DNA of 64,000 nt from an uncultured Gemmatimonadaceae bacterium (GTDB lineage Bacteria; Gemmatimonadota; Gemmatimonadetes; Gemmatimonadales; Gemmatimonadaceae), in contig CAVXGK010000001.1 in NCBI GenBank assembly GCA_963761305.1, positions 736,001-800,000 on the forward strand, read 5' to 3'. Below are positions 9,591-19,236 of this stretch, one piece after another. The notes beneath the pieces were generated by a model that worked only from the letters and a program-made list of their open reading frames with translations, ran no database searches and was not told where the DNA came from. Within the stretch, counting starts at the first letter, position 1; every line of letters begins with the position of its first letter. The position numbers were made by a program, and so were the translations under genes.

Positions 9591-10664
9591 ATGCAAAATC
9601 TCGTGAAGGTCTGTTGTGCCGCAGGAGCGCTGGTAGCGTTGGCAGCGTGTAGTGACAGTGTGCTCACTTCGCCGACGGGTCGCGTTCCAACGGCGGTGCG
9701 CAGTTCGTCGGTGACGCCGACCACGCAGACCGTCTGCAGTGATGGAAGCATCAAGGTCGATCACGGCCAGACGCTGCCCGGAGGCGGACTGGCGTCGGTT
9801 AAGACGTTTACGTCGGTCCTGGCGCAGCCGAATACGCAGAACCCCGACTGGCATGCACCGATCACGTTGAACGCCGGAACCTCGAATTGGATCACCGTAA
9901 ACGATCCGGCGTTCTCCGCGACGAACGCGCCGGATAACGAGCTGACGCATTACCAGGCGACCTTCTCCGTGCCGGCCAACAACACGGGCGCGCTCGACGG
10001 CTCCTCCTTCGCGGACAACCAGATGACGGCGATCCTGATCAACAACACGGGAACGTCGCTCGGCGCCAATACGAGCCTCAACGACCCAACGAACTATGAG
10101 ACGGCGGCGAACGGCGGCGTTGCGCTGACGTATTCGAAGACGGGCATCGCCCCCGGCAATTACACCCTCGACTTCTACGTCGCGAACAACGACCACGTGA
10201 CGGGGACCAACCCGACGGGCATCGACTTCTGCTTCGAAGTCGTGAACACACCGAACCCGCCGCCGCCGGTCGTCGCCCAGTTCGTGATCGGCGACGTGGA
10301 GCCGCATGCTATCGGCGACGTCGTCAACTTCTGGGGGGCGCAGTGGTGGAAGCCGGCGAACAATCAGTTCAGCGGCACCGTCGACCCCGGCTATGCTTCG
10401 ATGAAGGGCTTCGCCGACATCTCTGGCAACGACTGCGGCCTGACTTGGCAGACGTTGCCCGGCAATAGCTCGAAGCCACCGGCTCCGCCCCTCCCCGCCG
10501 ACATTGCGGTCATCGTGACGAGCACCGTCGGGAAGACCGGCAATAACCTGAGTGGCAACATCGTTGAGATCGTGATAGTCCACCAGGACGGCAACTACAA
10601 GAACGATCCTGGACACGCTGGACACGGGACCGTAACCTCGGTCGTTTGCTCCTCAGTGATTTGA
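9591..10664 (+). CDS. Secreted lipoprotein of unknown function (beta-rich, two domains)
   Basis: RBS GGGGAGA, lipobox LVALAAC, T/N/G-rich body, PPPP linker, then a C-terminal domain FVIGD...NFWGAQWW...PGNSS...PGHAGHGTV. Confidence 0.8.
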   Translation: MQNLVKVCCAAGALVALAACSDSVLTSPTGRVPTAVRSSSVTPTTQTVCSDGSIKVDHGQTLPGGGLASVKTFTSVLAQPNTQNPDWHAPITLNAGTSNWITVNDPAFSATNAPDNELTHYQATFSVPANNTGALDGSSFADNQMTAILINNTGTSLGANTSLNDPTNYETAANGGVALTYSKTGIAPGNYTLDFYVANNDHVTGTNPTGIDFCFEVVNTPNPPPPVVAQFVIGDVEPHAIGDVVNFWGAQWWKPANNQFSGTVDPGYASMKGFADISGNDCGLTWQTLPGNSSKPPAPPLPADIAVIVTSTVGKTGNNLSGNIVEIVIVHQDGNYKNDPGHAGHGTVTSVVCSSVI

Positions 10665-10705
10665 GGCGGGCCCCGGCAGTGATTTGAACCGACGCACGAT
10701 AGAAC

Positions 10706-10749
10706 GAGAGGCAGGGAGCGACCGAGGTCGCTCCCTGCCTCTCCCTTTT
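10706..10749 (+). terminator. Rho-independent terminator
   Basis: 17-bp perfect stem GAGAGGCAGGGAGCGAC / GTCGCTCCCTGCCTCTC followed by CCTTTT, about 40 nt after the stop at 10664. Confidence 0.85.
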
Positions 10750-10855
10750 CCGTCACCGGCATAGATTTGCCGTCGTCTCACGCGCGCCGCGGCTTCCCCG
10801 TCCGCGTATCCTTTCCCGCAACGCAACACTCCGGTCGTCTTCTCGCCTCCTTCCC

Positions 10856-11743
10856 ATGCGTGTGCTGATCCTGGGCGCGTCCGGGATGCTCGGCCACAAG
10901 CTCTATCAGACGTGCTCGAAGCGCTTCACGACCGTCGCGACCGCGCGCTCATCGGCGGCGCTCGTCGAGGCGCTGGACGTCGACGGCCGCGTGATCGAAG
11001 CGATCGACGCGGCCGACCTCTCACGCGTCGAACACGCGCTAGCCGAAGTCCGGCCGGATGCCGTGATCAACTGCATCGGCATCGTGAAGCAGGACGCCGC
11101 CGCCAAGGATCCGGTGGCGTCGATCGGCGTGAACTCGCTGTTCCCTCACCTGCTGGCCCGCGCGTGCGCCGCGGTCGGCGCGCGGCTCATTCATCTCAGC
11201 ACGGACTGCGTCTTCTCGGGTCGAGCGGGGCACTACACGGAGTCGGATTTCCCGGACGCCGACGACCTGTACGGGCGCAGCAAGCTGCTCGGCGAAGTCA
11301 CCGGACCGGGTTGCCTCACGATTCGCACGTCGATGATCGGACGAGAGCTCTCCGGCCAGCACGGGCTGCTCGAATGGTTTCTGGCGCAAGACGGCGGTCG
11401 CGTTCGCGGCTTCCGCCGTGCGATTTTCAGCGGGTTCACGACCGCCGCACTGGCCGAGCTGCTCTGCGGCGTTGTCGCCGAGCACCAGAACCTGAGCGGC
11501 CTGTGGCACGTGGCGGCGGACCCGATCAGCAAGTGCGATCTGCTGCGGCTCATTCGACACGCGTACCGCGTCTCGGTCGAGATCGACCCGGACGATGCCG
11601 TGGTTTGCGACCGCAGCCTCGATGGGTCGCGGTTCCGTCAGGCGACGGGATTCCTGGCGCCGTCGTGGGAAACGATGATCCGGTCCATGGCCGCTGACCC
11701 AACACCCTACGCCGAGCTTCGGAGAATTCGTGCTACGCGATAA
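10856..11743 (+). CDS. NDP-sugar reductase, dTDP-4-dehydrorhamnose reductase (RfbD)-like SDR
   Basis: GASGMLG Rossmann motif, HLSTDCVFSG, YGRSK catalytic YxxxK. Confidence 0.88.
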   Translation: MRVLILGASGMLGHKLYQTCSKRFTTVATARSSAALVEALDVDGRVIEAIDAADLSRVEHALAEVRPDAVINCIGIVKQDAAAKDPVASIGVNSLFPHLLARACAAVGARLIHLSTDCVFSGRAGHYTESDFPDADDLYGRSKLLGEVTGPGCLTIRTSMIGRELSGQHGLLEWFLAQDGGRVRGFRRAIFSGFTTAALAELLCGVVAEHQNLSGLWHVAADPISKCDLLRLIRHAYRVSVEIDPDDAVVCDRSLDGSRFRQATGFLAPSWETMIRSMAADPTPYAELRRIRATR

Positions 11744-12791
11744 ACACGTCGTCGTCACTGGCGGAACCGGTTCGCTCGGCAAGGTGCTGATCAAGCGCCT
11801 GATGACCGGCGAAATCGGACATCCCCGGCTGATCACGGTGTTCTCCCGCGACGAGGCGAAGCAGCACCACATGCGCCTGGAATTCCAACGACTTCACGCC
11901 GCGACGACCGAGGATATCACGTTTCGAAGCTTCGAGCAGCTGCTCCAATTCCGAATCGGCGACGTGCGCGACGTACACAGTGTCTCCGCGGTGCTGCGCG
12001 ACGCCGACATCGTGTTCAACGCCGCCGCCCTGAAGCAGGTCCCCTCATGCGAGTATTTCCCCTACGAGGCCGTCGAGACCAACATTCTTGGCGCGCAGAA
12101 CATCGCGCGGGCGATCCGCGAGCATCGATTGCCGGTCGTGACGGTCGTCGGGATCTCGACCGACAAGGCGTGCAAGCCGGTGAATGTGATGGGCATGACG
12201 AAAGCGATTCAGGAGCGCGTGTTCATCCGCGCGAACCTCGACAACGTCGACACGCGATTCATCTGCGTGCGGTATGGGAACGTGCTGGCGTCGCGAGGCT
12301 CGGTAATTCCTCTCTTCCACGAGCAGATCAGGCACGGGGGTCCCGTCACGATCACGACCGCGGACATGACGCGCTTTCTTCTCACGCTCGATCAGGCGGT
12401 CGACACGATCTTCGACGCGCTGCGCACCGCGAGACGAGGCGAGACCTACGTGCCGCGGGTCGCGTCGGCGCGCGTGATCGACGTCGCCGCCGCGTTGATC
12501 GGCGATCGCGAGGTGAAGACGGTCGTCACCGGAATCCGCCCCGGCGAGAAGGTCCACGAGTCCCTGGTCTCCGAGGAGGAGGGATATCGTACCTACGAGC
12601 GCGGAACGTACTATGCCATTCAGCCGATGTTGCCCGAGCTGATGTCCGACCACTCCGGCGCGGCGCCGTTGGGACGCGAGTTCAGCTCTGCCGACAACGT
12701 CATGTCGCGCGGCGACGTGGACCAGCTTCTTCAGGCGAACCGGCTGATGATCGACGACGTGCGTGACGCGAACAGCGAGATGCTCGCCTGA
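11730..12791 (+). CDS. UDP-GlcNAc 4,6-dehydratase, FnlA/CapE-like (Polysacc_synt_2)
   Basis: TGGTGSLG, FSRDE.KQ, AALKQVPSCE.FP.EAV, STDKA..PVN.MG.TK, RYGNV..SRGSVIP, GIRPGEK.HE. Confidence 0.9.
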   Translation: MLRDKHVVVTGGTGSLGKVLIKRLMTGEIGHPRLITVFSRDEAKQHHMRLEFQRLHAATTEDITFRSFEQLLQFRIGDVRDVHSVSAVLRDADIVFNAAALKQVPSCEYFPYEAVETNILGAQNIARAIREHRLPVVTVVGISTDKACKPVNVMGMTKAIQERVFIRANLDNVDTRFICVRYGNVLASRGSVIPLFHEQIRHGGPVTITTADMTRFLLTLDQAVDTIFDALRTARRGETYVPRVASARVIDVAAALIGDREVKTVVTGIRPGEKVHESLVSEEEGYRTYERGTYYAIQPMLPELMSDHSGAAPLGREFSSADNVMSRGDVDQLLQANRLMIDDVRDANSEMLA

Positions 12792-12800
12792 CGCTCGCTG

Positions 12801-13718
12801 TCAGACGGCGCCGACGCGGCGCGCCACCCGCTTCAACCCTCGAGCGACCGACGAGCCCGCGTTCCCGACGAACCGGTAGATCGCCGCAGTGGCCGGGTGG
12901 TACCGTCGGATGTACGCCGCGTGCATCGTGGCGTTGCCCGAGATGAGCGCCGCGATGACCGCCGGCGTCATCGGGATGCGGAGTCGCCCCACGACGTCGC
13001 GAGTGAATGGAAACAGGGGGAAAAAACGATCGACGGCGCCGCGCGCGTCGCGGCGCACGTACTCGATGTATCGCGCCGGTTCCGTGTAGTCGCGCCAAAG
13101 CAGAACCTCTGGCACCTCGACGTGCATTCCTTCGCGGAGCGTCCCGACACTCGTCGACCAGTCGAACGCGAAAAACGCCCGCTGCGGAAACGCCCGCTGC
13201 GCGACCTCGGTGCGGAGCACGCCGCACATGCGGCTGTTGTCGTGCGGACGCGCGATGAAGCGCGCGATGTTGGTCGGCGGATCGGCCGTCAGCGGGAACG
13301 TGCCGGCCGCTTGCTTGACGAACTCGTCTCCGTGCATGAACGCGACGCGCGAGACCGCGCACACCGCGTTCGGATTGGCGTCGAGGGCCTCGATCATTCG
13401 TCGCGCGTAGTCGGGGTGCCACCAATCGTCCCCCGCCGCGAACATGAACAACGGCGTCCGGGCTTCCTGTAAGAGAAACTGGAAGTTGCCGTAGTTCAGA
13501 TTCCGCGGCTGCCTGACGACCGTCACGCGCTCATCGCGCGCCGCGTACTCGTCGCACACGTCGGCCGTGCCGTCCCGCGAGGCGTCGTCGGAGATGACGA
13601 TCCGGAGATCGCGATACGTCTGTGCGACCAGCGACTCCACCGCGCGGCGAATCGTGCCGACGCAGTTGTAGACAGGCATGCCGATGGTGAGCCGCGGGCC
13701 TTCCCCGGAAATTTGCAT
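12801..13718 (-). CDS. Glycosyltransferase family 2
   Basis: IGMPVYN, ISDDAS.DGT, AAGDDWW (DxD-like). Confidence 0.88.
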   Translation of the reverse strand: MQISGEGPRLTIGMPVYNCVGTIRRAVESLVAQTYRDLRIVISDDASRDGTADVCDEYAARDERVTVVRQPRNLNYGNFQFLLQEARTPLFMFAAGDDWWHPDYARRMIEALDANPNAVCAVSRVAFMHGDEFVKQAAGTFPLTADPPTNIARFIARPHDNSRMCGVLRTEVAQRAFPQRAFFAFDWSTSVGTLREGMHVEVPEVLLWRDYTEPARYIEYVRRDARGAVDRFFPLFPFTRDVVGRLRIPMTPAVIAALISGNATMHAAYIRRYHPATAAIYRFVGNAGSSVARGLKRVARRVGAV

Positions 13719-13926
13719 CGTCGCAGGATGATCCAGTCAGCGGAACCTTGGCGTAGACGGCGTCCCTCGCCCGACGCCCTCTGAGAGACAGGCGGGGCGA
13801 CGAGTAGCCGAGACGACGGTCAGGGTCAAACCGGCGCCTCGAGGAAGCACCGACGGGCGAGAATCTATTCGTTTCAGCACCGAGGTCGGCCTCTCTTCCA
13901 AGTTTGGGGTATTCGGCGCGACGCGG

Positions 13927-15120
13927 TCAGCGTCGGCCGTACGCCCGAATCTGGGCGAACAATCGCACGCGGTCGTCCTGTGATCCCAACGAATGAACTG
14001 GCAAGGTGACAAGCTCGTTCACCAAGCGCGTGGCGCCTGGCCAGTGCAAATCGCCCACCAGGAGCCGCGCGACCTCCGGCAGCTCGCCGAGCGGGAGCGG
14101 ATAGCTGGCCGCGATCCCCAGGCGACGCGCCGAATCCTGATCGCCGAAACCGCGGAGCCCGTGGGGCGCGAGGATCGGGAATCGGAGGAACCCGCTCTCG
14201 AAACGAAAACCAGGTTGCGGCGCGACCGGACGAAGGGCGGGATTCTCGGCGAGCACACTTCGAAGGCCTTCAGCATTCGCGCGTCGCTGCGAAGCCTCAC
14301 GGACCGACTTCTCTCGCGTCGACAGTGCCGCGGCGACCGCGGCGCGGGACATCGATGCGGGCGTGCGAGGCGCGTGATAGACCGTTTCTCCGAGCGAGAG
14401 CCCGGGAATCGCCCGTGGAAGCCCGTAAAGGGCTGGGCGGCCAAGCACCCACTGCGCCGTGAGCGTCGCCGCAATCCCGAGGTTGCGGCTGAAAGGCGCC
14501 GATGACAGCTCCCTTCGCGATCCTTTTCCTTCGCGAAACAGCACGGCGCCGCCGGCACCACCGGTCCAGCCCTTTCCGCGGCCGAAACTGAGAACGCTCA
14601 CGCGACCCAGCGTGCCGAGCGCCCGACCCTGGTACGACGCACCATGCCCCTGCGCCGCGTCCTCGATAATCAGGGCTCCGTGAGCGGCCGCGCGTTGTTC
14701 GATCGCATCCCAATTGACCGGAATCCCGTACAGTGGCGCGGCGACGATGATCCGAGCGCCGGCCCTCAGCACGCGCTCGAGCGACTCCAGGTCGGGAGAC
14801 AGTGTGAGCGGATCGACGTCGTACAATGCAACGGGCCCCTTCGCCCCGACCGCAGCCGACGCGACGTCGAAGCAGCTGAACGAGGGCAACGCGACCGCGG
14901 CGGTGTCTCCGACTTCTCGTCGAGCGCTCTCGATCGCAACTTGGAGCGCCTGTGTGCCGCTCCCGCAGAGCAGAACGTCACCAGCGGCGTACTCGCGGCG
15001 GAGCAGATCCGCGAGCTGTTGTCGCGCATCGCCAGCCAATCCGAGCGTCGCGGCCGCCGCCGACGCGACGGCGCCAACCGCTACAGGCGAGTAGACCGGA
15101 AGCTGGTGTCTCAACCGCAC
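13927..15120 (-). CDS. DegT/DnrJ/EryC1/StrS-family PLP-dependent aminotransferase-like protein
   Basis: SGTQAL, LPSFSC, EDAAQG, SFGRGK...GGAGG, C-terminal TLPVH. GTG start at 15120 inferred. Confidence 0.8.
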   Translation of the reverse strand: MRLRHQLPVYSPVAVGAVASAAAATLGLAGDARQQLADLLRREYAAGDVLLCGSGTQALQVAIESARREVGDTAAVALPSFSCFDVASAAVGAKGPVALYDVDPLTLSPDLESLERVLRAGARIIVAAPLYGIPVNWDAIEQRAAAHGALIIEDAAQGHGASYQGRALGTLGRVSVLSFGRGKGWTGGAGGAVLFREGKGSRRELSSAPFSRNLGIAATLTAQWVLGRPALYGLPRAIPGLSLGETVYHAPRTPASMSRAAVAAALSTREKSVREASQRRANAEGLRSVLAENPALRPVAPQPGFRFESGFLRFPILAPHGLRGFGDQDSARRLGIAASYPLPLGELPEVARLLVGDLHWPGATRLVNELVTLPVHSLGSQDDRVRLFAQIRAYGRR

Positions 15121-15161
15121 CGCGTACCACTCGCGACGGTTGCGTCCATGGCAGCTCCGCG

Positions 15162-16229
15162 CTACGGGAGATGACGGGACAACAGCGGGCCAAGACTGTT
15201 CGCGACCGGCATCGGCAATCGCCGCCACACTGCCGTCGCAATGCGAAACGCCGGACGATCCGGAGACGGCGTGCTCCCCGCACCCGAAGGAGACCAGGCC
15301 GGCCAAGCGAGCGGCCGGTCTTGTCCGCCCCACTGCAACTTGAAACGATGCGTCGCGCTACCGGGCGTCGAACGGCCGAAGTTGAATACGGTCGAGCCTC
15401 GCCCGATCGCCTGCTCCATCAGATTCGCATACAACAGCATGTTCGGCGAAAGATGGTTCAATTCGCGCACCGACGACGCCCACGTCACCTCGACTTCATC
15501 CTTCCAGGTCAGACAGCAGGCCGCCGCGGCGGGCGCGCCCTGCGCCGTGTACACGGCCGTGAACGACACGTCGTCGCCGAACACGCGGGCGAGCTTCCTG
15601 AAGAACGCGCGCGGGAGAACCGGCGTGCCGAGGTCGCGCATGTTGCGCGAGAACACACGGTAAAACGCGTCGAGCTCGCCCGGTCCGCTGCGCGCGGTCA
15701 TGCCTTCCTTCGTCGGACGGCGAATCTGGCTTCGCAATTTCGCCTTGAACGTCGACGCCCAGAGCGCTTCCACCGTGTCGGGCAGCGCGAGATGCACGGC
15801 GACCTTGCGTTCCGACGACACGACAGGCCCCGGCACCGGATCTCGGGAACGCAACTCGAGCAGCTTCACTCGGCTTCGCCGCGCCTCGGCGACCGCGTGT
15901 TCGACGAGTGCGGCCTTGGCATCGCCGTCGCCGAGCGGGCCACCGTCGTTCATGAACGGAACAGATACGAGATAGTGACCCAGCACGCTCCGCACGCGCA
16001 CCAACGGCAGCACGCCGCGCCACGTGCCGCGATCGTCCACCGCCACCAGTAGCTCGGTCTCGTGACGGAGCACGTCGCGCATGACGTCGCGCCAGCCGGC
16101 GCGATGACACATCGTGCTGTCTCGCCGCGCGGCGACGAACGCGTCCCAGGCCGCCGCATCGTCTGTCGTCACCACTCGCAGGAGACCCGCCCGCGCACCC
16201 ACCGACTGCTCCGACGGAACGGCGCTCAT
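15162..16229 (-). CDS. FemAB-like GNAT protein of the XrtA/PEP-CTERM EPS-locus type
   Basis: GVLPLV, LVSVPFMNDGG, KLRSQIRR, NMRDLGTPV, PNMLLY, FNFGRST..S.T..FKLQWG. ATG at 16229 overlaps the upstream stop. Confidence 0.88.
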   Translation of the reverse strand: MSAVPSEQSVGARAGLLRVVTTDDAAAWDAFVAARRDSTMCHRAGWRDVMRDVLRHETELLVAVDDRGTWRGVLPLVRVRSVLGHYLVSVPFMNDGGPLGDGDAKAALVEHAVAEARRSRVKLLELRSRDPVPGPVVSSERKVAVHLALPDTVEALWASTFKAKLRSQIRRPTKEGMTARSGPGELDAFYRVFSRNMRDLGTPVLPRAFFRKLARVFGDDVSFTAVYTAQGAPAAAACCLTWKDEVEVTWASSVRELNHLSPNMLLYANLMEQAIGRGSTVFNFGRSTPGSATHRFKLQWGGQDRPLAWPAWSPSGAGSTPSPDRPAFRIATAVWRRLPMPVANSLGPLLSRHLP

Positions 16230-17179
16230 CGCGGAGTCTCCGCGCTGCGCCGTCCTCTGTCCTCGGGCCAAACTGGCGCGCTCGTCGCGGCAGCGCCAAG
16301 CGTCTCGGTGATCGATCCGAACCGGAACGTCGACAACAAACGGCGAAGGCGATCCGGGGCGCGCCGCAGTCCACCGTAGTGGCGGACTCGCGTCGCCGCC
16401 GGCACTGACACGCGGGGCTGCTCGGCGTCGACTTCCCACGGATGGATGTAAAACGTGCCCGGTGCGGCTCGACGCTCGGCGCCGCGGAGCGCCGCGGGAA
16501 CCAAGCGGTACGGAAGAATTCGGAAGTACGCGCCGCCACCCGCGGGAAGCACGCGACCCGCCCACTCGACGGTGGCCGGAGGAAACTCGTGCAGGCTGCC
16601 GCTCGCGCGGCGCAGTATGTGTGGATCGCGCTCGCCGCCGACGAATCCGTAGCCGCGACGCTTCACGGGAAAGAGACTCGAGTCGTAGCGGTAGCCCTCT
16701 TCGATCAACACGTCGAGCGCCCACTCGCGATCGCGGGTGATCGAAAAGCTGGGGGCGCGATATCCGAGCACGGGCTCGTGGGTGATGTCTTCGAGCACGC
16801 GCTTGGAGACGCGAACCGATTCGCGAAACTGCTCCGGCGTCAACTCCGTGACGCGCCGGTGATCCGTGCCATGCGACGCGATCTCGTGGCCGTGCTTCGC
16901 GATCTCGCGCACCAACGCCCGCTGTCGCTCGGCGACCCACGACAGGATGAAGAACGTGCCGCGCGCGTCGTGTTCGGCGAGCAATTCGAGGATGCGCCGA
17001 ACACCCAACGCGACCCGGCTCGGTATGTCGTCCCACTTCGACCGCGCGACGTACGGCTCGAACGCCGAGACCTGGAAGTACTCCTCGACGTCGACCGTGA
17101 AGTGGTGGCGAATCGGCGGGCTCGGTTCCAGGGACAATGGGCGCTCTGGTGGGTTGTCGCGTGCGCGGGCGGGCCGCAC
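16226..17179 (-). CDS. Polysaccharide deacetylase (XrtA-system type, DUF3473-containing)
   Basis: FTVDVEEYFQV, GHEIASHG, GYRAPSFSI, YDSS, GGGAYFR, YIHPWEVD. Start uncertain. Confidence 0.9.
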   Translation of the reverse strand: MRPARARDNPPERPLSLEPSPPIRHHFTVDVEEYFQVSAFEPYVARSKWDDIPSRVALGVRRILELLAEHDARGTFFILSWVAERQRALVREIAKHGHEIASHGTDHRRVTELTPEQFRESVRVSKRVLEDITHEPVLGYRAPSFSITRDREWALDVLIEEGYRYDSSLFPVKRRGYGFVGGERDPHILRRASGSLHEFPPATVEWAGRVLPAGGGAYFRILPYRLVPAALRGAERRAAPGTFYIHPWEVDAEQPRVSVPAATRVRHYGGLRRAPDRLRRLLSTFRFGSITETLGAAATSAPVWPEDRGRRSAETPR

Positions 17180-17207
17180 GCAGAGGACAGTTCGCTTTCC
17201 GCGGCCG

Positions 17208-18410
17208 TCACACAGGCCGCGTCACTCGCCGACGCTCAGCACCAGCTCGCCCGACCAGGGACCGGGACAGACCAAGCGTGGCCAGTACCAACAGACCGGC
17301 CAGCATGAAGGGTACGCCTGTACCGAAGCGATCCACGATCAGACCGGCGCCCAGCGGAAACGCCACTCGCGCCATTCCACCGTAGCTCTGTTGCACGCCC
17401 ATCTGCAAGCCTCGTTCGCCGGGCGGCACGGCCACCGACAGCATCGCCGTGACGCACGGAAACAGGAAGGCGGTGCCCAGCGGCATCAGCGAGAACGACG
17501 CGAAGAGGGATCCCCAGGACGCGCTGAACGCCAACAGGCATAGGCCGGCGGACAGGAACACGACGCCCATCCGCGCCACGCGAGGCTCGCCGAGCCACCG
17601 CACGACCGGGCCGAGGAGAATGGCGCGGAAGATCACGCCCATGAGCCCGAAGTACATGAAGAAATAGCCGACGGTCTTCTCGGTCACTCCGAACCGTTCC
17701 GCGAGGACGAGCGGCATGAATTGGCCGGTGCCGTAGAAACCGCCCATCGCGATCGCGTAGATCAGGATGAGACGCGGCGCCGGCTCGTTGGGATGCGTGA
17801 GCACGTTGAGCAGCGCACCCGACCCGGCCGGCCGCCGCGGCCGCGACGCCTGCTCCACGGTGAGCTTCTCGTTCGACTCACGAAGGAACCGCCACGCGAA
17901 CGCGCTGATGCCGAGGCACAGGACCGCCGCGCCGAGGCCCGGCGCCCGATGCCCCCACAGCACCGTGAGGAACGATCCGAAGGCAGGGCCGATGATGACG
18001 CCGAAGCTCGTCGCCGCGCTGAGCCACCCGAGGCTCTTCGCGCGATCGTCCTCGCGCATGGAGTCGGCGACGTACGCTTGAAGCACGCCGACCGTCCCGC
18101 CGCCGACGCCCTGGACGAACCGCGAGAGCAGCAGGAGCGGCAGCGAGTCCGTGAACGCGAACACGACGTACGCGACGCTCGAGACGAGCAGCCCGACGAG
18201 GATGGCGGGCCGGCGGCCGTATCGGTCCGAGAAGCGTCCCCACCCGGGCGCGCTGAGGAGTTGCGCCACGGCATACGATGCGAGGATGACTCCAACCATC
18301 GCCCCGTTCGCGCCCATTCGGGTAGCGTAGAACGGAACGAGCGGGAAGATCATCGTCGACCCGACCATGTCGACGAAGGCCGTGAACATCAGGACGACCA
18401 ACTTCCCCAT
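17208..18410 (-). CDS. MFS transporter (TetA/DHA1-like)
   Basis: About 12 hydrophobic segments, motif A GRFSDRYGRRP, AYVAD, GPAFG. Confidence 0.9.
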   Translation of the reverse strand: MGKLVVLMFTAFVDMVGSTMIFPLVPFYATRMGANGAMVGVILASYAVAQLLSAPGWGRFSDRYGRRPAILVGLLVSSVAYVVFAFTDSLPLLLLSRFVQGVGGGTVGVLQAYVADSMREDDRAKSLGWLSAATSFGVIIGPAFGSFLTVLWGHRAPGLGAAVLCLGISAFAWRFLRESNEKLTVEQASRPRRPAGSGALLNVLTHPNEPAPRLILIYAIAMGGFYGTGQFMPLVLAERFGVTEKTVGYFFMYFGLMGVIFRAILLGPVVRWLGEPRVARMGVVFLSAGLCLLAFSASWGSLFASFSLMPLGTAFLFPCVTAMLSVAVPPGERGLQMGVQQSYGGMARVAFPLGAGLIVDRFGTGVPFMLAGLLVLATLGLSRSLVGRAGAERRRVTRPV

Positions 18411-18621
18411 GCTCGGCCTCTACGATGGTTGGACGGGCAATGCAGCCGCAAGCTATCCAAGGTCAAGTCGCGACGCGACTTGAGCGCTGACGGCCGCTCG
18501 AAGCATGTTGCGAATCGTGACAGCCGCGCGGTTTGACAAGCCGCCGCCGAGCGAGCCACTGTCCACTTCGAGTCCGAACCACCTTGACTCGCACGAATCC
18601 AATTGTGCGGAGGAATTCTCG

Positions 18622-19179
18622 ATGAAGCTCGCGCATCTCGCACTCGCGTCAGCCGTCGCCATTGCCGCGACAGCCTGCTCCGATCAAACGATCCCGACCG
18701 AACCGTCCCGCTCGGCGGGCGAATCGGTTGCAAACGCAGACAAAGGCGGCACGACCGATCGGACGGTGAACATGATGGACGCATGCGATGGCCCGAGCTT
18801 CGCAGCGGCGGGCGTCGCCTGCACACGCAATCATGGAGTCACCTTCGACGACCTCATTGGTCAACTCATGGCGCATGGATCCGCCGGTGCTTGGCACAAT
18901 GCTCCCTCGCAGATGGACGCGAAAGTCGGCCTGACCCTCTTTGCCGTGAACAAGGGCGGCGAGGTTCACACGTTCACGAGAGTCGCGAAGTTCGGCGGCG
19001 GTGTCGTCCCGGAGATCAACGCCCTCTTGCATCTCACCCCCGCGCCGGAGTGCCTGGCGGAGACGAACTTCGTGGCGCCGGGCGGTGCGGACGCGGACGA
19101 TGTCGTTCAACCGGGAATCACTCTGTACCAGTGCTGCATCCATCCATGGATGCAGACGGTGGTCAACGGAAAGGGCTGA
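18622..19179 (+). CDS. Cupredoxin-like (type-1 copper) lipoprotein
   Basis: RBS GGAGG, lipobox IAATAC, N.GGE.HTFT and C-terminal YQCCIHPWM (C-x2-H-x2-M ligand pattern). Confidence 0.78.
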   Translation: MKLAHLALASAVAIAATACSDQTIPTEPSRSAGESVANADKGGTTDRTVNMMDACDGPSFAAAGVACTRNHGVTFDDLIGQLMAHGSAGAWHNAPSQMDAKVGLTLFAVNKGGEVHTFTRVAKFGGGVVPEINALLHLTPAPECLAETNFVAPGGADADDVVQPGITLYQCCIHPWMQTVVNGKG

Positions 19180-19200
19180 GCGAGCAGGGATTCGTCGGAT

Positions 19201-19236
19201 CGAGGCGCCCGTCACCGTTCGTCGGCGGGCGCCTCG
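19201..19236. terminator. Hairpin between convergent genes (possible bidirectional terminator)
   Basis: 11-bp stem CGAGGCGCCCG / CGGGCGCCTCG overlapping the acyl-CoA dehydrogenase stop; no U-tract. Confidence 0.4.

Noticed and set aside
15162..17036. 624-aa extended FemAB ORF and similar N-terminal extensions (34076..35599, 35827..38433)
   Set aside because: The extensions overlap neighbouring genes in other frames; shorter starts with coupled stop/start or leader motifs fit better.
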